From NCBI GenBank assembly GCA_965208755.1, contig OZ242353.1:3138671-3202670 (forward strand): a stretch of 64,000 nucleotides of DNA, read 5' to 3'. Below are positions 37,072-45,924 of the stretch, in pieces; within the stretch, counting starts at the first letter, position 1; the number at the start of each line of letters is the position of its first letter. The notes below the pieces were generated by a model that saw only the letters and a list, made by a program, of their open reading frames with translations, was not told where the DNA came from and did no database searches. The position numbers and the translations under genes are program-made. This DNA is from Candidatus Multivorans sp. (GTDB taxonomy: Bacteria > Acidobacteriota > Thermoanaerobaculia > Multivoradales > Multivoraceae).

Positions 37072-39858
37072 CTAGAAGTGGAAGCGCGCCCCCACTCGCC
37101 AGACCCGACCACGTACCAGCCGCCTCGGGGCGCCGAAGGGCCTGTCGCTATTCAGGCTCTGTTCGGCTTCGATGACCGTGTCGGCGTTGCCGACGTTGAA
37201 GACATCGATGCCGACGCCGACCGCGCGGTCATTGCCGATGTTGAATTCCTTCTCCAGCCTCAGATCGAGGTTGATGCCGTCGTCGAGACGGAAGGCGCCC
37301 GCCGGGTGGCCGTAGATGTCCGAAGTTTGATCGACGTCTTCCACCCTGATGAGCTGGTTGTAGGTGTTGCCCGAGAAGTAGGAGAGGTAGCCGCCGAGGA
37401 CGACCCCGCCCGGGAGTCGGGCGTTACCCAGAACCTTGATCAGGTGCGTTGGATCGATCGTCAGATTGCCGTAGGCGTTGATCTGGTGGTTCGGGTCGCT
37501 GAAGAAGGTCGAACTGCCGAGCTGGGAGCCTCTTCCTTCCAGGAACTCGTACCAGCCGTTGTTGTCGTTGCCTCTTGCCTCGCCGTAGGTCCACGAAGCC
37601 TGCATCTGCCAGTTGTTGCGCCACCGCCTGGCGAGGCTTGCCGTGATCCCGGCGTACTTGCGGATCTTCCTGAAGCAGGTGATCTCCCTGTAGGCCTGCC
37701 CGTAGTCCTGGCAGTGGTTGACGTTCGTGAAGTAGTACCGGTTTTCGCCTTCGTTCGTCTGGTTGAAGACGTTGAAGGTCCGTCCACTGTCGGGATCCGT
37801 GTACCGCGTGGGTTCGAACGCGCCGGTGAGGTTCACGCCGTCCAGGAAGTTGTCGTTCGTGCGATAGGTCGCCGTGATGTCGAGCGAGACGGTACGCGAG
37901 AGCACCTTCTCCCAGCCGACGTCCAGGGCGTCCATGTGGGGCACGTTGAGACTGTCGTCGATCGTCCACTGGCCGGGACCTCGCCCTTCGGTGAAGTCGT
38001 GCTCCCAGACCTGGTCGTCCGCGTTCCAGATGTAGCCCGTCACGTCGCTCTCGGGCGCCAGCCGGCTGTAGAACAGCGAGATGACCTGGTGGTAGTAGCG
38101 CCCCCAGTGGGCCTTCAGCACGGACTCGTTGTTGTCGCCCAGGTTGATGTTCAGCCCGATGCGCGGCGCGACCCCGACGCCGGGCGTGAACACGCTGCCC
38201 TGGTCGAAGCGGACGCCGTTCACGTCCGACTCGACGGCCCCGCGCCAGTAGTTGGCCCGCAGGCCGAGGTTCAGCCTCACCCGGTCGTTGATTCCCCAGG
38301 AGTCCTGCACGTAGCCGACGATCTTGTCGGTGTCGGCATAGGTGTCGTAGCCGGTGCTCTCGAAGAGGACGTAGTTCTCGCCGGCGTAGTCCTCGTAGAA
38401 CTTGCCGCCCGCGTACTGGTTGAGCGTGTTGACCAGCGTGTTCTGCAGCTCGACGCCGAACTTGAAGTCGTGCTCGCCGCGGATGAAGTCATCCGTGAAG
38501 TGGCTGACCGAGGCGATGAGCTGGTAGCGCTCCCGGTTGGCATTGAAGGGCCCCCACCAGTTCTCGGTAAGGCGGTCTTCATAGATGTCGTAGCGGGCGG
38601 GTGTGTCGCCGCTGTCGGGCGTCTCGGACTGACGCTGCCGATAGCCGCCGAACTTCAGATCGAGCAGCGTGTCCTGGGACAGCATGTCCGTGTAGTTGAA
38701 GTTGAACAGGTACTGGGTCCCCTCCAGGCTGACGGTGGCTCCGGGGGAGATGAAGTCACCCTCGTCCGCGCCCTGGTAGGCCTGGTCGCGGGTGCTGTAC
38801 TCGAGCATGCCGCTGAAGATCTTCTCCTGTGTCGGCGTCCAGTTGATCTTGCCGAGGAAGCGGGGCCTCTCGTTGGTCGGGGCGTTGACATGGTCGCCGC
38901 TGGCCTTCGAGTCCTCCTGGTAGTACTTGAACGAGGTGAAGAACCACGCCTTGTCGCGCTGCACCGGTCCGCCGATGTCGAAGTGGACTTCCGTGTCCGT
39001 GCGGTCGCTGCCGCTGCGTTGCAGATCGGGGTCGTTCGTGTTCTGGGACTGCCAGTCGTTATCGGCGAGTTGCAGGTCGACCAGACCGTTCAGGTCGTTC
39101 GAGCCCTGCTTCGTCGTCACGTTGACGATCACGCCGGTGTAGCCGCCGTACTCGGCCGAGGCGCCGGCGCCGAGGACGGTAACGTCCTCGACTGAGAAGA
39201 AGCCGAGAGGCACCTCGCTCTCGCCCGCCTCCGGGCTGTTGATGATGACGCCGTCGACCGAGAACTGGACGCCCATGCCGGGCGAGCCGAAGGCTGAAGG
39301 TTGCCTGCCGTCCGCGTTCTGGGAGTGGACGCCGGGCGCCAACTGCACGACGCCCCGGATGCTGCGTTGGGTCGGCACCTCCATCAGGATCTCGTTGTTG
39401 AGTTCCGTCGTCTGGAGCGTCGAGCTGCGGACGTCGATGAGCGGTGAGCCCTCGACGATGATGATGTCCTCGATGCTTCCCAACTGCATCGTCAGGTCGA
39501 CGCTCAGGGTCTGGTTGACGGTGAGGACGATGTCCTCCTGCTGCGCGGTCGAGAAGCCCTCGATCGAGGCCGCCACAGTGTAGGTGGACGGCAGCAGAGC
39601 GACGAAGCGGTAGCGCCCGTTCGCATCCGTCATCGTCTCGCTCGTGGCGCCGAGTTCCCCGGACGTGAGCGTGACGTTGACGCCCGGCATGCGGTCGTCG
39701 TTGGGGTCCGTGATGGTGCCGGTGATCGAGCCGCGCTCGATCGATTGGCCCCATGCGCCAGCGCAGATGAAGGCGATGACTACCCCCGATCCGATAATCC
39801 GTGGGACTCTTGCCATCGCGACAAGAGCGTGAGAACCGGTGGTTCCGCGGTGTCTCAT
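37072..39858 (-). CDS. TonB-dependent outer-membrane receptor with an N-terminal carboxypeptidase-regulatory-like domain
   Basis: Signal peptide, CarboxypepD_reg-like segment (GSITGTITDPNDDRMPGVNVTL...), plug-like segment (QRSIRGVVQLAPGV), long beta-barrel and terminal Phe. Confidence 0.85.
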   Translation of the reverse strand: MRHRGTTGSHALVAMARVPRIIGSGVVIAFICAGAWGQSIERGSITGTITDPNDDRMPGVNVTLTSGELGATSETMTDANGRYRFVALLPSTYTVAASIEGFSTAQQEDIVLTVNQTLSVDLTMQLGSIEDIIIVEGSPLIDVRSSTLQTTELNNEILMEVPTQRSIRGVVQLAPGVHSQNADGRQPSAFGSPGMGVQFSVDGVIINSPEAGESEVPLGFFSVEDVTVLGAGASAEYGGYTGVIVNVTTKQGSNDLNGLVDLQLADNDWQSQNTNDPDLQRSGSDRTDTEVHFDIGGPVQRDKAWFFTSFKYYQEDSKASGDHVNAPTNERPRFLGKINWTPTQEKIFSGMLEYSTRDQAYQGADEGDFISPGATVSLEGTQYLFNFNYTDMLSQDTLLDLKFGGYRQRQSETPDSGDTPARYDIYEDRLTENWWGPFNANRERYQLIASVSHFTDDFIRGEHDFKFGVELQNTLVNTLNQYAGGKFYEDYAGENYVLFESTGYDTYADTDKIVGYVQDSWGINDRVRLNLGLRANYWRGAVESDVNGVRFDQGSVFTPGVGVAPRIGLNINLGDNNESVLKAHWGRYYHQVISLFYSRLAPESDVTGYIWNADDQVWEHDFTEGRGPGQWTIDDSLNVPHMDALDVGWEKVLSRTVSLDITATYRTNDNFLDGVNLTGAFEPTRYTDPDSGRTFNVFNQTNEGENRYYFTNVNHCQDYGQAYREITCFRKIRKYAGITASLARRWRNNWQMQASWTYGEARGNDNNGWYEFLEGRGSQLGSSTFFSDPNHQINAYGNLTIDPTHLIKVLGNARLPGGVVLGGYLSYFSGNTYNQLIRVEDVDQTSDIYGHPAGAFRLDDGINLDLRLEKEFNIGNDRAVGVGIDVFNVGNADTVIEAEQSLNSDRPFGAPRRLVRGRVWRVGARFHF

Positions 39859-39961
39859 GTCCGCCTTCCTCTCTGACCGGGTTTCCGTCTCCTCCTGGTG
39901 CTATGCGCAGGCCGGTGCACTGAGCAGCGCCGGCTGGAAATCTCGTATCGATGTTCCAACT

Positions 39962-39990
39962 ACGTTAGCGCCGGCTGGGGGGCGCGTCAA
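39962..39990 (-). promoter_or_regulatory. Candidate promoter for the TonB-dependent receptor gene (TTGACG-17 nt-TAACGT)
   Basis: Read on the minus strand: -35 at 39985-39990 and -10 at 39962-39967. One copy of a 12-nt direct repeat lies in the spacer. Confidence 0.3.
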
Positions 39991-39996
39991 ATCAAT

Positions 39997-40896
39997 TCAG
40001 GACGTTGGACAGGGACGGGTCGCCAGGCGTTCCCGGATCAATGTGAGTGCTTCACGGCGATCGTTGTCGGGCAGGGCTTGCCGGGGCGGTCGAACGGTTT
40101 CGGACCCCATCCCGACCTCCGCCTGCACCAGCTTGATCGACTGGACGAACTCGGGAACGGTGTCCATACGCAGCAGGGGAAGGAACCATGCGTAGAGTTC
40201 GAAGGCTTCCTGCCGCCGGCCCGCCACCGCCAGGTCGAACAGGCGAACGGACTCGTCCGGCAGGGCGTTGACCAGGCCGGCGATCCAGCCCGTCGCCCCC
40301 GACCAAACGGCTTCGTAGGGCATGTCGTCGAGGCCGGCGAAGACCTCGAGGCGGTCTCCCAGCAGAGCCTTGACCGCCGTGATCCGCCGGATGTCGCCGC
40401 TCGACTCCTTGATCGCCCGGAGGCTGGCGTGCTCGGTGGCCAGTTCACCGATGATCTCAGGCAGGATGTCGACACCGTAGGCGAACGGGTTGTTGTAGAG
40501 CATGCACGGCAGGTCCGTGGCCTCGAAGATGGCCGCGAAGTGACCCCGGGTCTCGTGCATCTTGCCGTTGTGGACGTAGGGCGGAAGCACCATGAGCGCC
40601 TCGGCGCCGCGTTCGGCCGAGCCGCGGGCGATGCGGACGGCTTCGGCCGTGCTGAGCGCGGAGATGCCCGGCATCACCGGCGCCCGGCCGTCGAGCGCGG
40701 TGACGCAGGTCTCGACGATCGCCAGCTTCTCGTCGAACTGGAGGGTGTTGCCCTCGCCCAGAGAGCCGAGAGGCACGATGCCGGTGCAGCCGTGTTCGAC
40801 AAGCCAGTTGGCGTGCCTTGCGAGGAAGTCGTGATCGATCGTCAGATCGTCGTTGAACGGCGTGGTGATCGCCGTCATGACACCGCGGAATTCCAT
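39997..40896 (-). CDS. Dihydrodipicolinate synthase/N-acetylneuraminate lyase family enzyme
   Basis: N terminus MEFRGVMTAITTPFNDDLTIDHDFLARHANWLVEHGCTGIVPLGSLGEG is typical of the DapA family. The specific substrate is unknown. Confidence 0.85.
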   Translation of the reverse strand: MEFRGVMTAITTPFNDDLTIDHDFLARHANWLVEHGCTGIVPLGSLGEGNTLQFDEKLAIVETCVTALDGRAPVMPGISALSTAEAVRIARGSAERGAEALMVLPPYVHNGKMHETRGHFAAIFEATDLPCMLYNNPFAYGVDILPEIIGELATEHASLRAIKESSGDIRRITAVKALLGDRLEVFAGLDDMPYEAVWSGATGWIAGLVNALPDESVRLFDLAVAGRRQEAFELYAWFLPLLRMDTVPEFVQSIKLVQAEVGMGSETVRPPRQALPDNDRREALTLIRERLATRPCPTS

Positions 40897-40977
40897 GTCC
40901 TGTTCCTGTTCTGACTCCGTGAGTCCTAGATTCCTTGAACGAGCGGCGTCTTTCAGAGTTGAAGCAGTTTCTCGAGT

Positions 40978-43653
40978 CTAGAGATCGGCTGGCCGACCGC
41001 GGACGACGACCGGCCGAGCGGGATCGCCGACGAAGGGAATCTCCGCATCTGCAGCCCAACGCCGGCCCGCCGCCCAGAAGGAGACGGAGTACGCGCCCGG
41101 AGAGATGCAGCCGAGGCCGAGCCGCCCTCGCTCAGAGAACCTCACGCCCCCCGAGGCACCGCTCAGGTGGCCCGCCAGTTCGACGCCCGACTCCGTCCGG
41201 ACGCTCAGGAAGGACAGCGGTGCGCCTCCGCAATCCTCGTCGGGGCAGTCTAGTTCGACCAGCCGGCCGGTCCAGGACGACAGATCAAGAGTCGTAGGCT
41301 CGTCCTCCTCGACGACGAACGACCTGCCGCCCACGCAGGTGGCGCTGTCGTTCCAGACCAAGCCGTACTCACCCGGCGCGAGGTCGCTCCGCGAGTAGCG
41401 CCCTTGGGCGGACGCGAGTCCGGTCCCGGCTACATCGCCGGCGGCGTCCACCAAGTGCAGCCAGGCCCCCGCGGCCGGACCACCGCGCGACCGTTGGAGG
41501 CTCAGCTCCAACCATCCCGGGGCGCCCTGCGGAAGGCGCAGAATCTGCGGCGGCGGCGCGGCCATCAGAACGAGCTCCACCGACACCCCTCCGTCCGCTG
41601 CAGTCCGGCCCCGCAGCAGATAGCGACCGGGCGGGGCCGGCGGCAGTTCGAACGTCCCGTCCTCCGCGGCGGTACCTGCGGCCATTTCGCGCCCGACCCC
41701 ACCGATGAGCGCCACGCTGCCCGTCACGGGTCGCCCGTCGCGGTCGAGCAGCATGCCTCCAACCCGAATTCCCGCCAAATCGAATCGCGCCTGCGCGCTT
41801 TCCGGCCAGAGCCGGCCGACGCTCGACCCGTCCGTACCGTGCCACGTCATCCAGAGCAGATCCTCGGGCGCGCCCACGATCTCGAACGAGCCATCGGCGG
41901 CCACCTGGGCACCCAGGCTCTGACCACTCGACCGGAACATCCGGCTCCTCTCACTAGCGGAGCCAGCCCGGGAGCGGAGCATGATCGTCCCGCTCGATCG
42001 ACCGGCGTCCAGCACCTGGCCGAAGCGCACCGCGCCACCCGGAACCGGGGCACCATCGATCACGAGCGTACTGCGGATCGTCCGTACCGGTGCCCGCAAG
42101 CGGATCTCTTGCCGGTCGGCGGGGCCATCGCCCGCGACCGACGCCTCGCGTGCGACTCTTGCCACGTCGGTGCCGTCCGACACCTCGAACCGGTAGTCCC
42201 CGGGCGCCAGCAGAAGTTCGGCTGAACTTCGCGGCGCATCTTCCTCCGAGGGTTGGCCCGTTCGCCCCCGTAGGACGAGCGTGGCTTCCGCGATCGGCGC
42301 GCCGATTTCGCGAAACCGGTCGTACACGCGGACTATCCCTTCTCCCAAGCCGTCGACGGTGACCGAGACCGGCTGTCCGGCTTCGAGCCAGGTCTCCCCG
42401 AGGTCGATCTGCTCCGAATCCCCGAGCACAAGGAGGCGGTCGATGGTTGGCGCGTCTGGGCAGTCGATCCGTAAGTGGTAGCGGCCGCCCGACAGGCCGC
42501 CGAGAAGATACACGCCCTCTTCGCCGCTCACGGCGAGCGGCCGATCGCCCATCAGGGCGGCGCGGATCTCGCCGGCACCCGTCACCAAGAGTTCGACGAC
42601 GCAGCCCGCGGCCGGTACCGCGCCCGTTGCGTCGAAGAGTCGGCCGGAGATGCGGGCACCGGACTCGAGGAACACCGTGCCCAGGTCGACCTCGCCTCCG
42701 GGTGCGACCTGCACGCCGATCATCGGCGAGCGCAGGTGATGCTCCGCCTCGAAGGTCACGGCAACCATGCCGCCGGCGAGGAACTCGGAAGGGACCGTGG
42801 CCATGGCGGGCGTGGACTCCTGGTTCACAATCACCGCGGTACCGCTCCGGCCTCCCGCTGCCACCGCCTCAACTCGCATCGTGAACTCCGGGACAGGCTG
42901 ACCGTCCGCGCCCGCGACCTCGACCCGGATGCGCCCGCCGGCAGGCGATGCCGCCTCGTAGGCGCGGGCCAGTTCTAGCCGGAGCGGACCGGAGTCGGCG
43001 CTGACTGTCCACGTCTCGCCCTGGTGCGCCGGTGCCGAAACACGAAGCTCGACGGGCTCCGGCGGCAGGCCGGCGACCTCGAACCAGCCCGTCTCATCGG
43101 ACGTCGCGCACCGGTCCCACCGCCGGAAGCGCTCAGGTGCGTGTTCGTTCAACCAGGTGGCGCAGACGCTGGCGTTCGGGATATGCGAACCAGTGTCCAG
43201 AGCCACGATGTTGCCCAACACGGCGCGGCCCGCCTCCAGTCGGACGACCCGTGGCGGCGGTGCCGCAACGTGGCTCACCACGACAGGAAGGTGCCGGGGA
43301 TCATCCACCACGACCAGAAGCCCCGGCAGCCGCGGCACCGGAGATTGGACCACGCCCCGCTCGTCGGTTCTCGTCTCGACGAGGACGGCCGCCATCGGGG
43401 ACACGTCGTTCCGGCCTGCGCGCAGGACCATCACGCCGGCGCCTTCCACGGCGTCGCCCGCAGCGTCGACGACCCGCATGCGTTCGGCCGAAGCGTTGGT
43501 CCCAGATTGCTGGCGCGCGGGGAGTTCCCCAGTCCAGGTGAGGTGCGCCGCAGCGAGAAGAGCCAGTCGGAGGATCCAGCTTCGGCTCCGTTGTGAAACC
43601 CCTCCCCCCACAAGCCCTGCCTGGAACGCCGGGCCTTCGCCTCGGCGCATCAC
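40978..43653 (-). CDS. Large secreted protein with repeated carboxypeptidase-regulatory/Ig-like modules, function unknown
   Basis: 891-aa ORF with a signal-like N terminus. GTGATG start region overlaps the upstream stop. Repetitive beta-rich sequence with no catalytic motif recognised. Confidence 0.7.
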   Translation of the reverse strand: MMRRGEGPAFQAGLVGGGVSQRSRSWILRLALLAAAHLTWTGELPARQQSGTNASAERMRVVDAAGDAVEGAGVMVLRAGRNDVSPMAAVLVETRTDERGVVQSPVPRLPGLLVVVDDPRHLPVVVSHVAAPPPRVVRLEAGRAVLGNIVALDTGSHIPNASVCATWLNEHAPERFRRWDRCATSDETGWFEVAGLPPEPVELRVSAPAHQGETWTVSADSGPLRLELARAYEAASPAGGRIRVEVAGADGQPVPEFTMRVEAVAAGGRSGTAVIVNQESTPAMATVPSEFLAGGMVAVTFEAEHHLRSPMIGVQVAPGGEVDLGTVFLESGARISGRLFDATGAVPAAGCVVELLVTGAGEIRAALMGDRPLAVSGEEGVYLLGGLSGGRYHLRIDCPDAPTIDRLLVLGDSEQIDLGETWLEAGQPVSVTVDGLGEGIVRVYDRFREIGAPIAEATLVLRGRTGQPSEEDAPRSSAELLLAPGDYRFEVSDGTDVARVAREASVAGDGPADRQEIRLRAPVRTIRSTLVIDGAPVPGGAVRFGQVLDAGRSSGTIMLRSRAGSASERSRMFRSSGQSLGAQVAADGSFEIVGAPEDLLWMTWHGTDGSSVGRLWPESAQARFDLAGIRVGGMLLDRDGRPVTGSVALIGGVGREMAAGTAAEDGTFELPPAPPGRYLLRGRTAADGGVSVELVLMAAPPPQILRLPQGAPGWLELSLQRSRGGPAAGAWLHLVDAAGDVAGTGLASAQGRYSRSDLAPGEYGLVWNDSATCVGGRSFVVEEDEPTTLDLSSWTGRLVELDCPDEDCGGAPLSFLSVRTESGVELAGHLSGASGGVRFSERGRLGLGCISPGAYSVSFWAAGRRWAADAEIPFVGDPARPVVVRGRPADL

Positions 43654-44132
43654 CCGTCCATCGGGGCATACCGGAGCAGGCCCAGAACCTCCTGCACCAG
43701 GAGCCGCTCCTCCTCCCAGGGATTCACCGGACGCAGCAGGAGCAAGCGTCCGTCGCGGCCGTAGACCTCGAGACGCGGCCGCTCCACCTTGCGCCCCACC
43801 TCCTCCAACGCGTGCAGCGGTAGATTGACCACATGGCCCGGAAAGGGTAGCCCGTCCATACCGGCCTCGACCGGCAGGCCAGCAGGGATGACGGTAAGGA
43901 CGGCCACGTCCTCCCGCTCCTTCGCCAGTCGGGAGAGCGCCCGTGTCGCGATGAGATCCTGCGGCGAGCAGCGCTCCGGCCGTGGCAGGAAGGCGACTCT
44001 CAGCGCGGCGTCATTTAGATGGTCAGCGGTGAACACCCGATGCGCCACGAGATCGACGCCATCCGGCGCGTCGCTCGGTCCGACGCAACCGGCCACTGCA
44101 AGGAGGCCGACGAGTACTCCGATCAGTCGCAT
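43650..44132 (-). CDS. Small lipoprotein, possibly thioredoxin-fold with a single Cys (CSPQ)
   Basis: The ATG at 44132 gives MRLIGVLVGLLAVAGC (lipobox). It overlaps the upstream gene by 10 nt and the downstream start by one base. The fold suggestion is weak. Confidence 0.6.
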   Translation of the reverse strand: MRLIGVLVGLLAVAGCVGPSDAPDGVDLVAHRVFTADHLNDAALRVAFLPRPERCSPQDLIATRALSRLAKEREDVAVLTVIPAGLPVEAGMDGLPFPGHVVNLPLHALEEVGRKVERPRLEVYGRDGRLLLLRPVNPWEEERLLVQEVLGLLRYAPMDG

Positions 44133-45427
44133 GTGATCGGTCTCCCTGAACGTACGGCTTCCGCGTCCAGGAGCAGGAGGCGCGTCGGCTGGCGGAACAT
44201 GTCGTCGGCGAAGCTGCTCGATTCCTCCAGCAGCCAGTACCTTTCGCCGGGCAAGAGGCTCACATGGGCCGCACGGGTTGGCAGGTCGGTGCTGTCCAGA
44301 ACCGAATCGGTCCGGGGGTCGATGCGGTGAAGTCGCCACGCGACCTTCCCCAGTTCAGGAACAGTGCGAGCGAGGAGATACAGGACGGCGCCATCGCCAT
44401 AGAGCCCGGCCGCGTACTCGGCTGCTTCCGCGGCGGCATAGAAGCCATCGGCGCTTCCCCAGCCAGTCACCTGCGGCAGCGGTGGGAAGACCTTCACCTC
44501 GTCAGGAAAGGCGCTGAGTCCGACCACTCCCTCGCCTTCTGCCTTGTCTCTCCCGCCAACCAGCACTTGAATGAACGGACGGTCCGCGAAGCGAAGCGCG
44601 AAGACCCCAGGTGCTTCTCCCTGAGTCGTGGCCAAGGACCTCAAGGGCAGGTGACTGAGCCGCGGATACTCGCCTTTAGCGGTCGACCAATCGTTGACCA
44701 AGTCGAACTCGCCGGCCTCCTCTGGCTGCCGTTCCAGCTCCAGAAGGAAGTAGCTCGGCCCTGGCTTCACCCACGCGAAGATGCGACCCGGGCCCACGGC
44801 GAGTTCCCGTATGTGTGCTCCGAGCGAAGGTTCAGGACTCGAGTCTTCCCGATGCTTGGTCGTCCAGCGGAGGAGGTTGCGGGGGCGCAGCTCGTTGTCG
44901 AGCAGTAGCAAGCTCGCGGCTCCTCCCGTGTCGGGTGTCGGCGGACTGTGTAGGCCCAGAATCACCCCTTCCGGGTCCGGGCCGATAGCGGTCGGGTGTG
45001 GCAGACCGCCCTTCGGGTCTGGAAGCCACGAAGGCAAGTCCGGTGGGCCGCTGTAACTGACCTCGCCCGTCTCCGCGTCGTAGACGAGGAGCCGGTTTCG
45101 CTTCGAATCCACCAACGCGAACCGGTCGGCCTCCAGCCAGACTCCCTCGACACCACCAAGCCGCGGAAGCTCCCCGGCCGCCACCTGCCGGCAGTCCGTG
45201 CCGGAGACGCCTTGGGCACCCCCCAACGACAACAAGGCCAGCAGGCCGGCGAGCCGAAGGCTCAGCCTGCTCGGCGCAACCGTCGCTACTGGCCAGCGCC
45301 GCCTCAGCGAGCGCACACAAGCAGCCACTGGTCTGGTGCTGGTGAACATAGGAAGCGACGAGACGCTCCAATGTGCCGGCCGCCAACCGAGATTGACGAC
45401 CCGAATGCCGGTCGACTCCAAGTGCAC
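44123..45427 (-). CDS. Secreted protein of unknown function (beta-propeller-like by composition)
   Basis: Signal-like LRLAGLLALLSLGGAQG. Start uncertain: GTG at 45427 or ATG at 45349. No recognisable motifs. Confidence 0.6.
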   Translation of the reverse strand: MHLESTGIRVVNLGWRPAHWSVSSLPMFTSTRPVAACVRSLRRRWPVATVAPSRLSLRLAGLLALLSLGGAQGVSGTDCRQVAAGELPRLGGVEGVWLEADRFALVDSKRNRLLVYDAETGEVSYSGPPDLPSWLPDPKGGLPHPTAIGPDPEGVILGLHSPPTPDTGGAASLLLLDNELRPRNLLRWTTKHREDSSPEPSLGAHIRELAVGPGRIFAWVKPGPSYFLLELERQPEEAGEFDLVNDWSTAKGEYPRLSHLPLRSLATTQGEAPGVFALRFADRPFIQVLVGGRDKAEGEGVVGLSAFPDEVKVFPPLPQVTGWGSADGFYAAAEAAEYAAGLYGDGAVLYLLARTVPELGKVAWRLHRIDPRTDSVLDSTDLPTRAAHVSLLPGERYWLLEESSSFADDMFRQPTRLLLLDAEAVRSGRPITCD

Positions 45428-45524
45428 CCGCGGCGGAAGTGCGCGCTGTGCCGAAAGCAGCCGTGTGAACGTCGAACGATGGGGCCGTGGCCGCTCGAGA
45501 GCAGCGCGCCTTCGTAACGGGCCG

Positions 45525-45734
45525 CTAGTACGGGCAGATCACCACGCAGTTCATGCAGTCGCTGCCGCTCAAGGGACATCCGCCAGCGTTGAGGTCGAGG
45601 CTGAAGCCATCGGCGCAGTACCAGTCGCAGCCGCCACTGGCGGCGAACGGCGTGCCCGCAGTCAAGGGCATGAGCAGGACGAAGAAGATCATCGTCCAGA
45701 ACACGAAAGAACGAAACCGCTTGCGATCACCCAT
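45525..45734 (-). CDS. 69-aa Cys-rich secreted or membrane-anchored peptide
   Basis: ATG at 45734 with GGGAGG upstream (5-nt spacer). The sequence is MGDRKRFRSFVFWTMIFFVLLMPLTAG-TPFAASGGCDWYCADGFSLDLNAGGCPLSGSDCMNCVVICPY, with six Cys in the last 35 aa. The track ORF 45525..45860 is a spurious extension. Confidence 0.6.
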   Translation of the reverse strand: MGDRKRFRSFVFWTMIFFVLLMPLTAGTPFAASGGCDWYCADGFSLDLNAGGCPLSGSDCMNCVVICPY

Positions 45735-45831
45735 AGGGGCCTCCCATGTCAGTTGTCCGAAACGCCCACGAACCATGCTGGAGGGAATCCGACCCGGTCC
45801 GCGAGATTCTCGGCTGTGTTGGAACGGAGTG

Positions 45832-45860
45832 ACCCTAGGGAACGCCTTACCGGATGTCAA
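45832..45860 (-). promoter_or_regulatory. Candidate promoter of the Cys-rich peptide operon (TTGACA-17 nt-TAGGGT)
   Basis: On the minus strand the perfect -35 is at 45855-45860 and the -10-like hexamer at 45832-45837. Confidence 0.35.
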
Positions 45861-45876
45861 GAGAGAGAGCTGTCCA

Positions 45877-45892
45877 AGGCCGACGTCGGCCT
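45877..45892 (-). terminator. 16-nt perfect palindrome downstream of dctP
   Basis: AGGCCGACGTCGGCCT lies 33 nt after the dctP stop. There is no U-tract, so the terminator function is uncertain. Confidence 0.3.
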
Positions 45893-45924
45893 GTGGGCCG
45901 AGGTCGACGCGGCCCGACCGGGGC

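Noticed and set aside
36726-37075. Track ORFs 36726..36998 and 36779..37075 in the intergenic region
   Set aside because: Their sequences are translations of the REP-like element and the 30-bp inverted repeat. The GGSGSEDPRT peptide recurs wherever the repeat occurs. They have no RBS and no protein-like features.
39859-39996. Possible cobalamin or other riboswitch in the leader of the TonB-dependent receptor gene, and a possible TPP riboswitch upstream of the ABC importer at 57000-57146
   Set aside because: The leaders are short. I could not find a B12-box-like or TPP (CUGAGA...) core, so only a promoter candidate and direct repeats are reported.
45735-45860. 42-aa N-terminal extension of the small Cys-rich ORF (track ORF 45525..45860)
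   Set aside because: The internal ATG at 45734 has a GGGAGG RBS and yields a canonical basic and hydrophobic leader. The extension would also start inside the predicted promoter.
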